Below are positions 9,732-18,778 of a DNA stretch of 64,000 bases, one piece after another. Position 1 is the stretch's first letter. Each line of letters begins with the position of its first letter. Source of the DNA: Haloprofundus marisrubri (GTDB lineage Archaea; Halobacteriota; Halobacteria; Halobacteriales; Haloferacaceae); assembly GCF_001469955.1 (NCBI RefSeq), contig NZ_LOPU01000018.1, positions 1 to 64,000 of the forward strand. Direction: 5' to 3'. The position numbers were made by a program, and so were the translations under genes. The notes beneath the pieces were generated by a model. The model saw only the letters and a program-made list of their open reading frames with translations. It had not been told where the DNA came from and did no database searches.

Positions 9732-10478
9732 ATGACCGAGATTCCCGAGGACCACCCCCGATACGAGTCGCTGTTGACGCGACATCGAATCGAGGCGGGT
9801 GTCGACGCGGGCATCACCAGCAGACAGGGACTCATCGCACAGGGCCGCGGCGAGGCGTTCGACTACCTTCTCGGCGAGCGAACCATAGAGAGCGCCGACG
9901 CCGCCGAACGCGCCGCGGCGGCACAACTGCTGTTGGCCGAGCGCCCGGTACTCTCCGTCAACGGCAACGTTGCCGCGCTCTGTCCGGGCGAACTGGTCGA
10001 ACTCGCCGACGTCGTCGACGCGGCGCTCGAAGTGAACCTGTTCAACCGGACCGACGAGCGGATGGAAGCCATCGCCGCCCACCTCCGCGAACACGGTGCG
10101 ACCGAAGTGAAAGGACTCACCGCCGACGGCCGTATCCCAGGCCTCTCCCACGAGCGTGCGAAAGTCGACGCCGACGGTATCGGCGCCGCAGACGTGGTGC
10201 TCGTCCCGCTGGAAGACGGCGACAGGGCGGAGGCGCTGGCGGCGATGGGGAAAATCGAACTCGTCGTCGACCTCAACCCGATGTCGCGGTCGGCGCAGGC
10301 CGCGGACATCCCTATCATCGACAACATCATCCGGGCCGTGCCGAACGTCACCCGACACGCCCGGAAACTGCGAGGCGCTCCGCGCGAAGAACTCGACGCA
10401 ATCGTCGCCGAGTTCGACGCGTCGGCGGCGTTGGACGACGCCGAGCGGGCGATTCGCAACGGTACGACGCAGGAGTAG
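9732..10478 (+). CDS. 4-phosphopantoate--beta-alanine ligase (phosphopantothenate synthetase, archaeal)
   Basis: 248 aa. Immediately downstream of PoK on the same strand. COG1701-like pattern. Confidence 0.65.
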   Translation: MTEIPEDHPRYESLLTRHRIEAGVDAGITSRQGLIAQGRGEAFDYLLGERTIESADAAERAAAAQLLLAERPVLSVNGNVAALCPGELVELADVVDAALEVNLFNRTDERMEAIAAHLREHGATEVKGLTADGRIPGLSHERAKVDADGIGAADVVLVPLEDGDRAEALAAMGKIELVVDLNPMSRSAQAADIPIIDNIIRAVPNVTRHARKLRGAPREELDAIVAEFDASAALDDAERAIRNGTTQE

Positions 10479-10571
10479 CCACGGCGGCCCGTCTCTACCT
10501 TCGACGTGTGATAGAGGCAAACTGCTCGCTGGGTAGTTGCGCTTATCTACCCCCATCGCATACCGCGGTGC

Positions 10572-11471
10572 ATGAATCGTCGAGTCATCGTCGCAGACGC
10601 GACTGGACGGCTCGGAATGGCAGTCGTCGACCGACTCTGTTCGGCGAAATCCGACGAGTTCGATGTCTCCGTATTTGGAGGACTGCTCGACGACGATGCG
10701 ACCGACCTACGACGGAACGGCGCGACGCTCCTCAAGACGACGCTCTCGGATGCTGACGCGGTGAGCGACGCCGTATCCGATGCTGATGCTATCGTTTTCG
10801 CCGTCGAGACGGCAGACCCCGACGACGAGACGACGAAAGAACTCGCCGAGACGCTCCTGCAGGCCGCCGAGGAGAACGACTGCTCGCAGTTCGTGCTCGT
10901 GAGCGCTGCCGGTGTCGACGCCGGCGCGGGCGACGAGGTTCCGGAGTTCGCGGCCGTCCGGGCTATCGAAGAGGCAGTCCGCGAGGCGTCGCTTCCGTGG
11001 ACCGTCGTCCATCCCGCCTACACGGTGCAGCGGTTCGAGGCGTTCCGTGAGGGTATCGAATCGGGGATGCTCACGCTTCCGCTCGAAGAGGATGGTTCGC
11101 TCCACGTCGTCGACGGCAACGACGTTGCACGAGTCGTCGCCGCCGTATTGGCGGACCCCGAGTCGTTCGAGCGAGAGACCGTCGAGTTCGCCGCAGGGGT
11201 GTACACGCTCGATGAACTCGCCGACGCGTTCGCCGACGTTCTGGGTCACGATATCACCGGGGTCCACGCACCGATGGACGTCGCCCGCGACGAGTTACCC
11301 GAAAGAGAAGTCGCCCGGGTCGAGTTCGCAAACGCCGGCGGCTACGCGGTGCAAGCGGACCTCGACGACCTCGAAACCCGATTCGGCTTCGAGTTCACCA
11401 CACTGGAGTCGTATCTCCGCGCCGAGTGGGCAACGGAGACGGCGCAGTCGTCGCAGTCGATGGCCGACTGA
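10572..11471 (+). CDS. NAD(P)H-binding NmrA-like / atypical SDR family protein
   Basis: N-terminal Rossmann fold 'VIVADATGRLG'. Overall NmrA-like layout. Confidence 0.65.
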   Translation: MNRRVIVADATGRLGMAVVDRLCSAKSDEFDVSVFGGLLDDDATDLRRNGATLLKTTLSDADAVSDAVSDADAIVFAVETADPDDETTKELAETLLQAAEENDCSQFVLVSAAGVDAGAGDEVPEFAAVRAIEEAVREASLPWTVVHPAYTVQRFEAFREGIESGMLTLPLEEDGSLHVVDGNDVARVVAAVLADPESFERETVEFAAGVYTLDELADAFADVLGHDITGVHAPMDVARDELPEREVARVEFANAGGYAVQADLDDLETRFGFEFTTLESYLRAEWATETAQSSQSMAD

Positions 11472-11544
11472 ACGAAACAGGCGTGGCTGAGCCGGCTGAG
11501 CGGATTGAGCGAGACTACGTGAGAATCGAAACCGAACTCGACGG

Positions 11545-12621
11545 TTAGTCGAAGCCACTGATGAGCGTCACGAGCCACTGCGCCGGGTCGCCGCGGCGAC
11601 GAACTTCCACTCCTTCGACCCATTTCACCCACTGGAAACCGCGCCGGCCCGGCGCGACGAGTCGCAGCGGCGCACCGTGGCCGTGCGAGAGGGAATTGTC
11701 GCCGACGTGTGTCGCCAGCAACGCATCTCGGGCCTCCTCGACTGGAAGGCTCCAGCGGTAGCCGGTGACGGAGACGAACCGGACGTAGCGAGCGTCGTCG
11801 TCGACACCGGCGGCATCGAGCAGGTCGCCGACACGAACGCCGCGCCAGTTCTGGACCGTGTACCAACCGCTCGTGCAGTCCAACAGGGCTTCGAGTTCGG
11901 CGTCCGTCGTCAACTCGTCGTAGTCGAGTTCGAGCGGTGAGTTCACTCGGCCGCCGAGAGACAACGACCACGCCGCGGTGTCTATCGGGTCGGGGTCGTC
12001 GGCGACCCAACTCGTCACCGGAAACGACGACCCCTCGACGGGTTTCGACCCGGTGAACCGACGTTCGACGCCTGCGGTGTCCAAGACTCGATTCGTCGTC
12101 TCTTGGGCGCGAAACAGCACCGCGCCGCCGACGAGCAGCCCCGCGTACTGAAGCGCCGCCCGGCGCTCTTCGAAGTCGGCTCGTCGCGGGGGCCGAAAGT
12201 GCGTCCGGAGGTGGAGCAGCGTGAGCGGGACCAAGAGGAGGCCGAAGAAGACGTGCACGCTCAACAGGTTCCACAGCCATACGTCGGCGTCAGCGCCGAA
12301 CACCCACGCGATGCCGGTTCCGAGCGCCGACAGCGTGACGACAGTCAACAGTATCGACACGCCTGTCGCGCGGTTCCAGAGATGTCGGTTCGTCACTCGG
12401 TGGCGGACACGATACAGCTTGAAGCCGACGAGGGCGACGAGCGTTAGTCCGGCGACGGCGTGCAGCCAGAACAGCCACGCGCCATCCGGCGTTCCCACAG
12501 TGAAACTCAGCAGACCGGAGGCCACCTCGAAACTGACGAGTACGAAGATAGACCAATCGACGAGCCGTGGCCGCGGCTCGATTCGGGAAACGAACCGCCG
12601 GACCGACTCACCGACTGTCAC
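11545..12621 (-). CDS. molybdopterin-dependent oxidoreductase (sulfite-oxidase/MsrP-like) with an N-terminal multi-TM domain
   Basis: N-terminal hydrophobic segments. C-terminal 'CTSGWYTVQNWRGVRVGDLL...THVGDNSLSHGHGAPLRLVAPGRRGFQWVKWV', typical of the Moco-binding oxidoreductase fold. Confidence 0.75.
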   Translation of the reverse strand: MTVGESVRRFVSRIEPRPRLVDWSIFVLVSFEVASGLLSFTVGTPDGAWLFWLHAVAGLTLVALVGFKLYRVRHRVTNRHLWNRATGVSILLTVVTLSALGTGIAWVFGADADVWLWNLLSVHVFFGLLLVPLTLLHLRTHFRPPRRADFEERRAALQYAGLLVGGAVLFRAQETTNRVLDTAGVERRFTGSKPVEGSSFPVTSWVADDPDPIDTAAWSLSLGGRVNSPLELDYDELTTDAELEALLDCTSGWYTVQNWRGVRVGDLLDAAGVDDDARYVRFVSVTGYRWSLPVEEARDALLATHVGDNSLSHGHGAPLRLVAPGRRGFQWVKWVEGVEVRRRGDPAQWLVTLISGFD

Positions 12622-12700
12622 GGTCGTTCTAAGGAACGGGGCCTCAAGAGCGCGTCGTCGACGATACTCACCGGTGTCGGCGACTGCCGGCCGCTACCGG

Positions 12701-13513
12701 TTACTGGTTCGGTGATTCGCTCGTCGCCTCGTCGGCGTCGTCGTCGGCTTCGAGCGGCGACTCGCCTTCGGTGGCGTCCGACTCGGAGTCTGCCTCGGTA
12801 TCGCTGTCTCCGGCGCTGTCGTCGCTTTCGGCCTCTACACTCTCCTTTTCGAGTGCTGCCTCGCCGGGTGTTCCGTCTTCGGAGTGTTCCGATTCGCCGT
12901 TCTCGGTCGCTGCCTCGACGACGTCGTCCTCGACGACTGTCTCTCCGGGTTCGGGTGGACGGTCACCTTCGTCGTCTTCGACGGCGTCGACCATCTCGTC
13001 GACATCCGACTCGTCGGCGCTCTCGGTTCCCATCACGTTCTCCTCGGCGACACCCGTGTCGGCGATATCCCGCTCGGTTTCGTCGTCTACGAGTTCGTCA
13101 CCGCCGGTTCCACGCCGGGTCTTGATGACGTACGCGACGAGGGCGACGGCGACGGCGAACACGACCAGACGGAGCAGCGTCCCGGTGACGGACCGTCCGG
13201 ACGACTCGTCCTCGGTACGCTTCGGTTCCGCCTCGGTCCCGTTCGCTCTCGAACGCAACTGTCCGACGCGTTCGTCTTCGGACAGTCGCCGGAGTACGCC
13301 GAGGACGACCAGCGACGCCGCGATTAGCTGTTTGCCGGTCCGTCGTTCACGACTCTGTTCGGTGTCTTGGCCCGCGAGCGTCCGGAGGAACCGTTCGACG
13401 TCGAACGACTCCGTGTCCTCGTTCGACGACACCGTCTCTCCGTCGCCGTCACCGAGCAGTGCCCGGGCCACGCGCTTTGCCTCGCGTATCGTCCCTTCTG
13501 TTTCGTCTGTCAC
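12701..13513 (-). CDS. highly acidic membrane-anchored hypothetical protein
   Basis: One central TM segment (LLRLVVFAVAVALVAYVI) followed by a very Asp/Glu-rich tail. No known domain. Confidence 0.5.
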   Translation of the reverse strand: MTDETEGTIREAKRVARALLGDGDGETVSSNEDTESFDVERFLRTLAGQDTEQSRERRTGKQLIAASLVVLGVLRRLSEDERVGQLRSRANGTEAEPKRTEDESSGRSVTGTLLRLVVFAVAVALVAYVIKTRRGTGGDELVDDETERDIADTGVAEENVMGTESADESDVDEMVDAVEDDEGDRPPEPGETVVEDDVVEAATENGESEHSEDGTPGEAALEKESVEAESDDSAGDSDTEADSESDATEGESPLEADDDADEATSESPNQ

Positions 13514-13610
13514 GTGTGTTCTCCCCGTGTGGAGTCAACACGGAGCGTCGAAAAGTTTCGGGCGAACGTCAATTTGAAAAGAAAGTCACTGGAAGGCGAC
13601 TGTTCGTGAG

Positions 13611-14591
13611 CTACTCGAACAGTGCTTTCGGTGGGCCGCCGCCGAGTCGCTCTCTGTCGTGCGATTCCGAGAAGTCGATATCGGGTCCAGTCGGGACCAG
13701 ACGCTTGGGGTTGACGTCGCCGTGGCTTCGGTAGTAATGTTCGGAGATGTGTTCGAGGTTCACCGTGTCGGCGATTCCCGGCAACTGGTACAGTTCCTTC
13801 GTGTAGTTCCAGAGGTTCGGGTACTCGTGAATCGCTCGGCGGTTACATTTGAAGTGCGTGTGGTAGACGTGGTCGAAGCGGACGAGCGTCGCGAACATCG
13901 CCAAATCCGCCTCGGTGAGCACGTCGCCGGCGAGATAGCGCTGGTCGCCGAGGACGTTCTCGTAGTGGTCGAGTGCGTCGAACAGTTCGCCGACGGCCTC
14001 GTCGTACGCCGCCTGAGTGTCAGCGAACCCGGCGCGGTAGACGCCGTTGTTGATGGGTTCGTAGATGTCGTCGATGAGGCGGTCCACATCGTCCTGATAC
14101 CCCTTCGGATAGAGGTCCACGTCGTGTTCGGCAAGACGGCCGAACTCCGTGTCGAGCATCCGCATAATCTCCTCGGACTCGTTGTTGACGATGGTTTCTT
14201 TCTTTTTGTCCCAGAGCACAGGGACCGTCACGCGACCGGTGTAGTCGTCGGCGGCGCGGACGTAGATATCGCGGAGGTACGGTTCGTCGTACAGTGGGTC
14301 CGGCAGGCGTTCGGAGAACTCCCAGCCGTCGTCGATGCGAACGGGTTCGGTCAGCGAAAGCGAGATAGCGTGTTCGAGACCCAGAAGCGAGCGGGTCATC
14401 GCCGCGCGGTGCGCCCACGGGCAAGCCCGGCAGATGTAGAGGTGGTATCGGCCGGCCTCGACGGGGAACGTCGCGTCTTCGTCGTCCTCGATTCGGTCGC
14501 GGAACGACGTCTCCTGTCGGTCGAACTCTCCATCGTCGTTTGTCGCTTCGTACGCATCGGTTGTCCACTCGCCGTCGACGAGCATGTTCAT
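13611..14591 (-). CDS. glutathionyl-hydroquinone reductase (Xi-class GST, YqjG/ECM4 family)
   Basis: 'CPWAHR' active-site motif. Length ~326 aa. C-terminal GST fold. Confidence 0.85.
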   Translation of the reverse strand: MNMLVDGEWTTDAYEATNDDGEFDRQETSFRDRIEDDEDATFPVEAGRYHLYICRACPWAHRAAMTRSLLGLEHAISLSLTEPVRIDDGWEFSERLPDPLYDEPYLRDIYVRAADDYTGRVTVPVLWDKKKETIVNNESEEIMRMLDTEFGRLAEHDVDLYPKGYQDDVDRLIDDIYEPINNGVYRAGFADTQAAYDEAVGELFDALDHYENVLGDQRYLAGDVLTEADLAMFATLVRFDHVYHTHFKCNRRAIHEYPNLWNYTKELYQLPGIADTVNLEHISEHYYRSHGDVNPKRLVPTGPDIDFSESHDRERLGGGPPKALFE

Positions 14592-14796
14592 CGACTGTCG
14601 CCTCCGGCCGTCGCTGGTCGAATCATTCGTACCGTCGCTAAGGCTGGACCGAGCAAAAGCGTTCGCCGCACACGTTCTGCGGCGCTCGCGAGTGGGCCGT
14701 CCGCAGTGAACAGTACGCTCGGATTACAGACTGGTATGCCGAGCCATAACATCGAACAGTGCCCACGGCTGCACATAACAAAGGCGGTAGTCCGCT

Positions 14797-16485
14797 TTGC
14801 CGGACGCAATGCCCGACCCTGGTTCGCAGCGAAAGTACGTGCCACTGCTGGTACTGTTAGTCGTCGCGCTGGGCGCGATTGCTATCGGTTCCGGGTTCGC
14901 ATCCCAGTTCGACGCGGGGTCGCTCGCTCCCGCGAACGACTCGGCGGACGAATCCAGCAGTGACTTCGCCGAAACCGGCGTCGTGACCACAGCACAGAAC
15001 GAGACGACACCGAACGCCACGAATTCGTCAAATTCGACGGCGTCGTCGACGACACCGACGGGGACGACGACCGAAACGTCAACCGACGGGGCCGATAACG
15101 AAAGCACCGAGACCGACGAACAGAGTAGCGATACGTCGGACAACAGCGCCGGTGGGTCCAACGAGAACAACGCCGGAAGTAGCTCGAACAGTAACTCGAA
15201 CTCCAACTCGAACTCCAATTCAAACTCCAACTCGAACGGGAACAACGGCGGCGGTGGCGGTGGCGGTGGCGCGGGCGACGCGACTACCACGACGAGTTCC
15301 CCGACTACGACCGACGCGCCGTCTACGACCGAATCGCCGACTACGACGGAGACCACGTCGACAGCGACAACGACGGCGACGAGTACGCCGACCGAGACGA
15401 GTTCGCCCGTCGAAACCGCGACACAGACGCCGACGTCGACCAGCACGCCGACGGAGGTCCTCCCGATAGAGGATATGTCTCCGGACTGTGGTGCACTCGT
15501 CGTCACGAACCCCAACGAGTTCGCGGTCGTGTACAGCTATGACATTCCGTCGGCGGGTATCGAGGGGAACATCGAGCTTGGTCCCGGCACATCCGAGACG
15601 CTCGTCTTCGACTTGCCTGATGACGGTGTCTACTACGTCGTCACCTCGGCATCGAGAGCCGACACCGGCGAATCGGTGCCAGTCGAAGACGAGTCTACGT
15701 CCTCGATTTCCGAGAGCGTCACTGGGTGTGAGTCGCCGACGACGACTGAAGCACCGACGACAACCGAGGCACCACCGACGACCACCTCTGCTCCAACCAC
15801 CACGTCGGCCCCGACCACCACGGAAGCACCAACCACGACATCGGCTCCAACGACGACGGAAGCGCCGACTACTACGTCAGCGCCAACGACGACGGAAGCT
15901 CCGACCACCACATCGGCACCGACAACGACCACAGAGCCGACGACGACCGAGGCACCGACGACCGAGGCACCGACGACCACCTCGGCCCCAACAGAGACTT
16001 CCGCGCCGATAGTAACGTCGACACAGACGCCGACCGAGACGACGACGGCGGTCGAAACGACGGCAACGCCGGCTGAGACGACGACCGATGCACCTGTGAC
16101 GACGAGTGCGCCGACCACGACATCGGCATCGACCGAGACGAGCACGACCGAAGCCGTCACCGAGACTGAGACGACGACCGAAACCCCGGCGACCACCGCG
16201 GTGACGTCGACCGAACCGACCACCGTCGAAGACGACAGTACACAAACGGCTGTTGCCGAAACGACGTCGGATACCGCGACGGAGACGGTCGCTTCTACCG
16301 AGACGAGCGACCCCACAGAAACCGCCGACCCCATAGAGACGACTGTCGCCGAGACGACCACTGCGAGCGAGGAGACGCCGCTGAGCACGATTTCGGCGAC
16401 GACATTCCCGAACAATGGGTTCGGGGCCGCGCTGGCTTGTCTGCTCGCGCTGGCCGGATTCTCGGTGCGTCGTCGCCAGCAGTGA
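14797..16485 (+). CDS. secreted Thr/Pro/Ser-rich cell-surface protein with a PGF-CTERM-like anchor
   Basis: N-terminal signal/TM (LLVLLVVALGAIAIGSG). Long low-complexity T/P/S tracts with tandem TTTEAPTTTSAP repeats. C-terminal 'NNGFGAALACLLALAGFSVRRRQQ', which resembles an archaeosortase A sorting signal. Confidence 0.8.
   Translation: MPDAMPDPGSQRKYVPLLVLLVVALGAIAIGSGFASQFDAGSLAPANDSADESSSDFAETGVVTTAQNETTPNATNSSNSTASSTTPTGTTTETSTDGADNESTETDEQSSDTSDNSAGGSNENNAGSSSNSNSNSNSNSNSNSNSNGNNGGGGGGGGAGDATTTTSSPTTTDAPSTTESPTTTETTSTATTTATSTPTETSSPVETATQTPTSTSTPTEVLPIEDMSPDCGALVVTNPNEFAVVYSYDIPSAGIEGNIELGPGTSETLVFDLPDDGVYYVVTSASRADTGESVPVEDESTSSISESVTGCESPTTTEAPTTTEAPPTTTSAPTTTSAPTTTEAPTTTSAPTTTEAPTTTSAPTTTEAPTTTSAPTTTTEPTTTEAPTTEAPTTTSAPTETSAPIVTSTQTPTETTTAVETTATPAETTTDAPVTTSAPTTTSASTETSTTEAVTETETTTETPATTAVTSTEPTTVEDDSTQTAVAETTSDTATETVASTETSDPTETADPIETTVAETTTASEETPLSTISATTFPNNGFGAALACLLALAGFSVRRRQQ
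15181..15270 (+). repeat. hexanucleotide repeats (aactcgaactcc)n encoding (NS)n, then (ggc)n encoding poly-Gly
   Basis: Direct simple repeats seen in the sequence, inside the surface-protein CDS. Confidence 0.8.
15733..16000 (+). repeat. imperfect tandem ~36-nt repeats encoding TTTEAPTTTSAP
   Basis: Repeated 'accaccacggaagcaccaaccacgacatcggctcca'-like units, inside the surface-protein CDS. Confidence 0.8.
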
Positions 16486-16532
16486 CGCCTGACGACTGAT
16501 ACTTTCTTTGTCCCCCGGTCGGTGGTGAGCGC

Positions 16533-17432
16533 ATGGACACTCGTCGCGCGCTCTTGGTCGACGCATTCACCACCGAACCGCTCACGGGCAACGCTGCCGG
16601 CGTCGTGCCCGACGCGTCCGGTCTCTCGGACGAACAGATGCAGGCGGTCGCCCGCGAACTCTCCGTGAGCGAAACCGCATTTCTCCACCCTTCGGAGAGT
16701 GCCGACCGTCGCATTCGGTACTTCACGCCGACACAGGAGGTCGACCTCTGCGGACACGCGACGATTGCGGCGCACGCACACCTCTTCGAAGATGACGTCC
16801 TCGACGCCGGGTCGCACACGCTCGAAACGAACGTGGGCGACCTCGACATCGAACTGACCGACGACGGCGTCGTCTGGATGACGCAGGCCGAACCGACGGT
16901 CCACCCGGTCGACGTCGACTACGACCGGGCGAGTAACGCACTTGGCGTCCCCGTCGATTCCCTCCGTGCCGTTGCAGACGACCTCCCAGCGGCCGTCGCT
17001 TCCACCGGCCTCCCGTTTCTCGTGCTTGGTGTCGACTTCCTCGACGCCGTCGGCGGCGCGACACCCGATATGAGCGCCGTCGCCGAATTGGCCGAGGAGC
17101 ACGACGCCGCTGGCGTCTACCTGTTCACCTTCGACACCCTCACCGCCGAGGCGACGCTACACGCGCGGATGTTCGCACCCGGTGCGGGCGTTCCTGAAGA
17201 CCCCGTCACCGGAACGGCGAGCGGCGCGTGTGGGGCGTATCTGCGACACGTCGGCGCGTTCGACACGCTTCCCGACGAGATGCAGTTCGAGCAGGGTGAG
17301 TTCCTCGACAGACCGGGTCGCGTCCGCGTCCGCGTCGGCGACTCGGTTCGCGTCGGCGGGCGCGCAGTCACAGCGCTGGATGGCTCTCTGGTCGTTCCGG
17401 AACTCGACAGCGACGAGATACTCGAAGTGTAA
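16533..17432 (+). CDS. PhzF family isomerase (phenazine biosynthesis-like protein)
   Basis: N-terminal 'LLVDAFTTEPLTGNAAGVV'. Length ~300 aa. Typical of the PhzF/DAP-epimerase-like fold. Confidence 0.8.
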   Translation: MDTRRALLVDAFTTEPLTGNAAGVVPDASGLSDEQMQAVARELSVSETAFLHPSESADRRIRYFTPTQEVDLCGHATIAAHAHLFEDDVLDAGSHTLETNVGDLDIELTDDGVVWMTQAEPTVHPVDVDYDRASNALGVPVDSLRAVADDLPAAVASTGLPFLVLGVDFLDAVGGATPDMSAVAELAEEHDAAGVYLFTFDTLTAEATLHARMFAPGAGVPEDPVTGTASGACGAYLRHVGAFDTLPDEMQFEQGEFLDRPGRVRVRVGDSVRVGGRAVTALDGSLVVPELDSDEILEV

Positions 17433-17439
17433 GAAGGAT

Positions 17440-17910
17440 TCAGCGGTCCGATTCGGCGCCGACTTCGGGCTCGGACCACACGATAGCCGACGAACACCAG
17501 TGACAGAACTCCAGTTCCGTGTCCAACGGGTAGCCACAGACCGGACAGGCGTGGTCCGCGCTGGCGGACGCCGCCGGTTTGAGTGCGATTCGGCAGGCGT
17601 CGTAGACGCTGAGACCGAGCAGGAACAGAAGCGGCGGATACACGTTCGAGGGGTCGATGCTCATCGAACCGAGCGTCGTCATCGGGTCCGTCGTCATCGC
17701 GGACGCCGACAGCGTCGCCGGGTTCAGTGCCAGCAGGAGGGCGATGCCGCTCCCGAGAACGAACAGAAACCAACTGACGCCGCGTCGCCATCGACGGAGA
17801 TACAGGTGGGCGACACCGGCAATCCCGACGGTGGCGAACATCGTCCCGAGAACGGCGGCGACGAGTGCACGCCGGGGTGTGTCGGTCATGTCCCCAACGT
17901 CCAGAGCCAC
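17440..17910 (-). CDS. membrane protein with a C-terminal zinc ribbon
   Basis: Three TM segments followed by 'CPVCGYPL...CHWCSS'. The start may be the internal Met at 17889. Confidence 0.55.
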   Translation of the reverse strand: MALDVGDMTDTPRRALVAAVLGTMFATVGIAGVAHLYLRRWRRGVSWFLFVLGSGIALLLALNPATLSASAMTTDPMTTLGSMSIDPSNVYPPLLFLLGLSVYDACRIALKPAASASADHACPVCGYPLDTELEFCHWCSSAIVWSEPEVGAESDR

Positions 17911-17954
17911 ACGACATAAGTTAGTGGGTTTTTGTTGAATTTCTTCTCAAGAGT

Positions 17955-17980
17955 AAATATAGTATATATGATATTTGGGT
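17955..17980 (-). promoter_or_regulatory. AT-rich TATA-like element upstream of the minus-strand membrane-protein gene
   Basis: 'taaatatagtatatatgatattt' stands out in an otherwise high-GC context. It lies 45-70 nt upstream of the start at 17910. Confidence 0.4.
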
Positions 17981-18018
17981 GGCCATAGCGACCACTCCCA
18001 ACGGTCGGGGTACAGGGT

Positions 18019-18705
18019 TTACAGGAGTTCGACGAGTTCTGCGAGCGTCCGCAAGTCGTACTGACCGGGGGCCGTCGCGTCCTCGGATTTCGGCGGTGCG
18101 TAGCCGATTTTCGACCCGTACACCGGCGCGACGGCACGGGTGTGCCGCCCCGGTTCGCCCATCGCCATCGTCGCTACCCGGTGACCGGCCGTCGTCGCCT
18201 CGTGAGTCACGGAGAGCAAATCGAGGCTGTCGGAGTGGTCCGTCGCCGTCACGGCCAACTTACCGACGTCACCGGCCTCACAGGCCGCCGACAGCAGACT
18301 CCGGAGGTTTCCCATCGTCGGCGTCTTTCGGAAGTTGTGGACCGACGCGACGACGGTGAGGCCGCGTTCTCTGGCCGCAGTCCGGAGCGAGACGGCGCTC
18401 GGAACCTTCGGTCCGTGCGGACTCAGTGCGGCGAGTTCCACGTCGACGGCGACGACGGCGTCGTGGTCGAACGTCGCTTCGAGCGTCGTCAGTCGCCCGT
18501 CGTCTTCGGCTTCGCCGCCCTCCCAGTCGGCGCGGTTCGTCACCAGCACCGGGAGGTCACCGTCGTAGTCGTCGAGCGATTCGAGCGGGTCTTCGGCGAG
18601 GTCCAACCGAAACTCGACGATGTCGGCGTGGTCCCGAACCACGGGCATCGTCGTCACCTCCAAGTCGCCCGTACTGGCCGCCAACGCGAACGAGTCGAAC
18701 TCCAT
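18019..18705 (-). CDS. aroD: 3-dehydroquinate dehydratase, type I
   Basis: 228 aa from MEFDSFALAASTG. The ATG at 18705 was confirmed. Type I DHQase TIM-barrel pattern with the catalytic Lys region 'SVHNFRKTP'. Confidence 0.8.
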   Translation of the reverse strand: MEFDSFALAASTGDLEVTTMPVVRDHADIVEFRLDLAEDPLESLDDYDGDLPVLVTNRADWEGGEAEDDGRLTTLEATFDHDAVVAVDVELAALSPHGPKVPSAVSLRTAARERGLTVVASVHNFRKTPTMGNLRSLLSAACEAGDVGKLAVTATDHSDSLDLLSVTHEATTAGHRVATMAMGEPGRHTRAVAPVYGSKIGYAPPKSEDATAPGQYDLRTLAELVELL

Positions 18706-18778
18706 GCGCTCACACGGGTCGCCGAGAAGCAAAAATGGACCCGTTGCTCGGACAGTCGGGCACGCGCAATCTCCGAAC

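Noticed and set aside
15181-16000. Short direct repeats that might suggest a CRISPR-like array
   Set aside because: The repeats are in-frame inside a continuous CDS and encode low-complexity peptide (NS)n, Gly-n and TTTEAPTTTSAP. No spacers, no leader and no cas genes are present.
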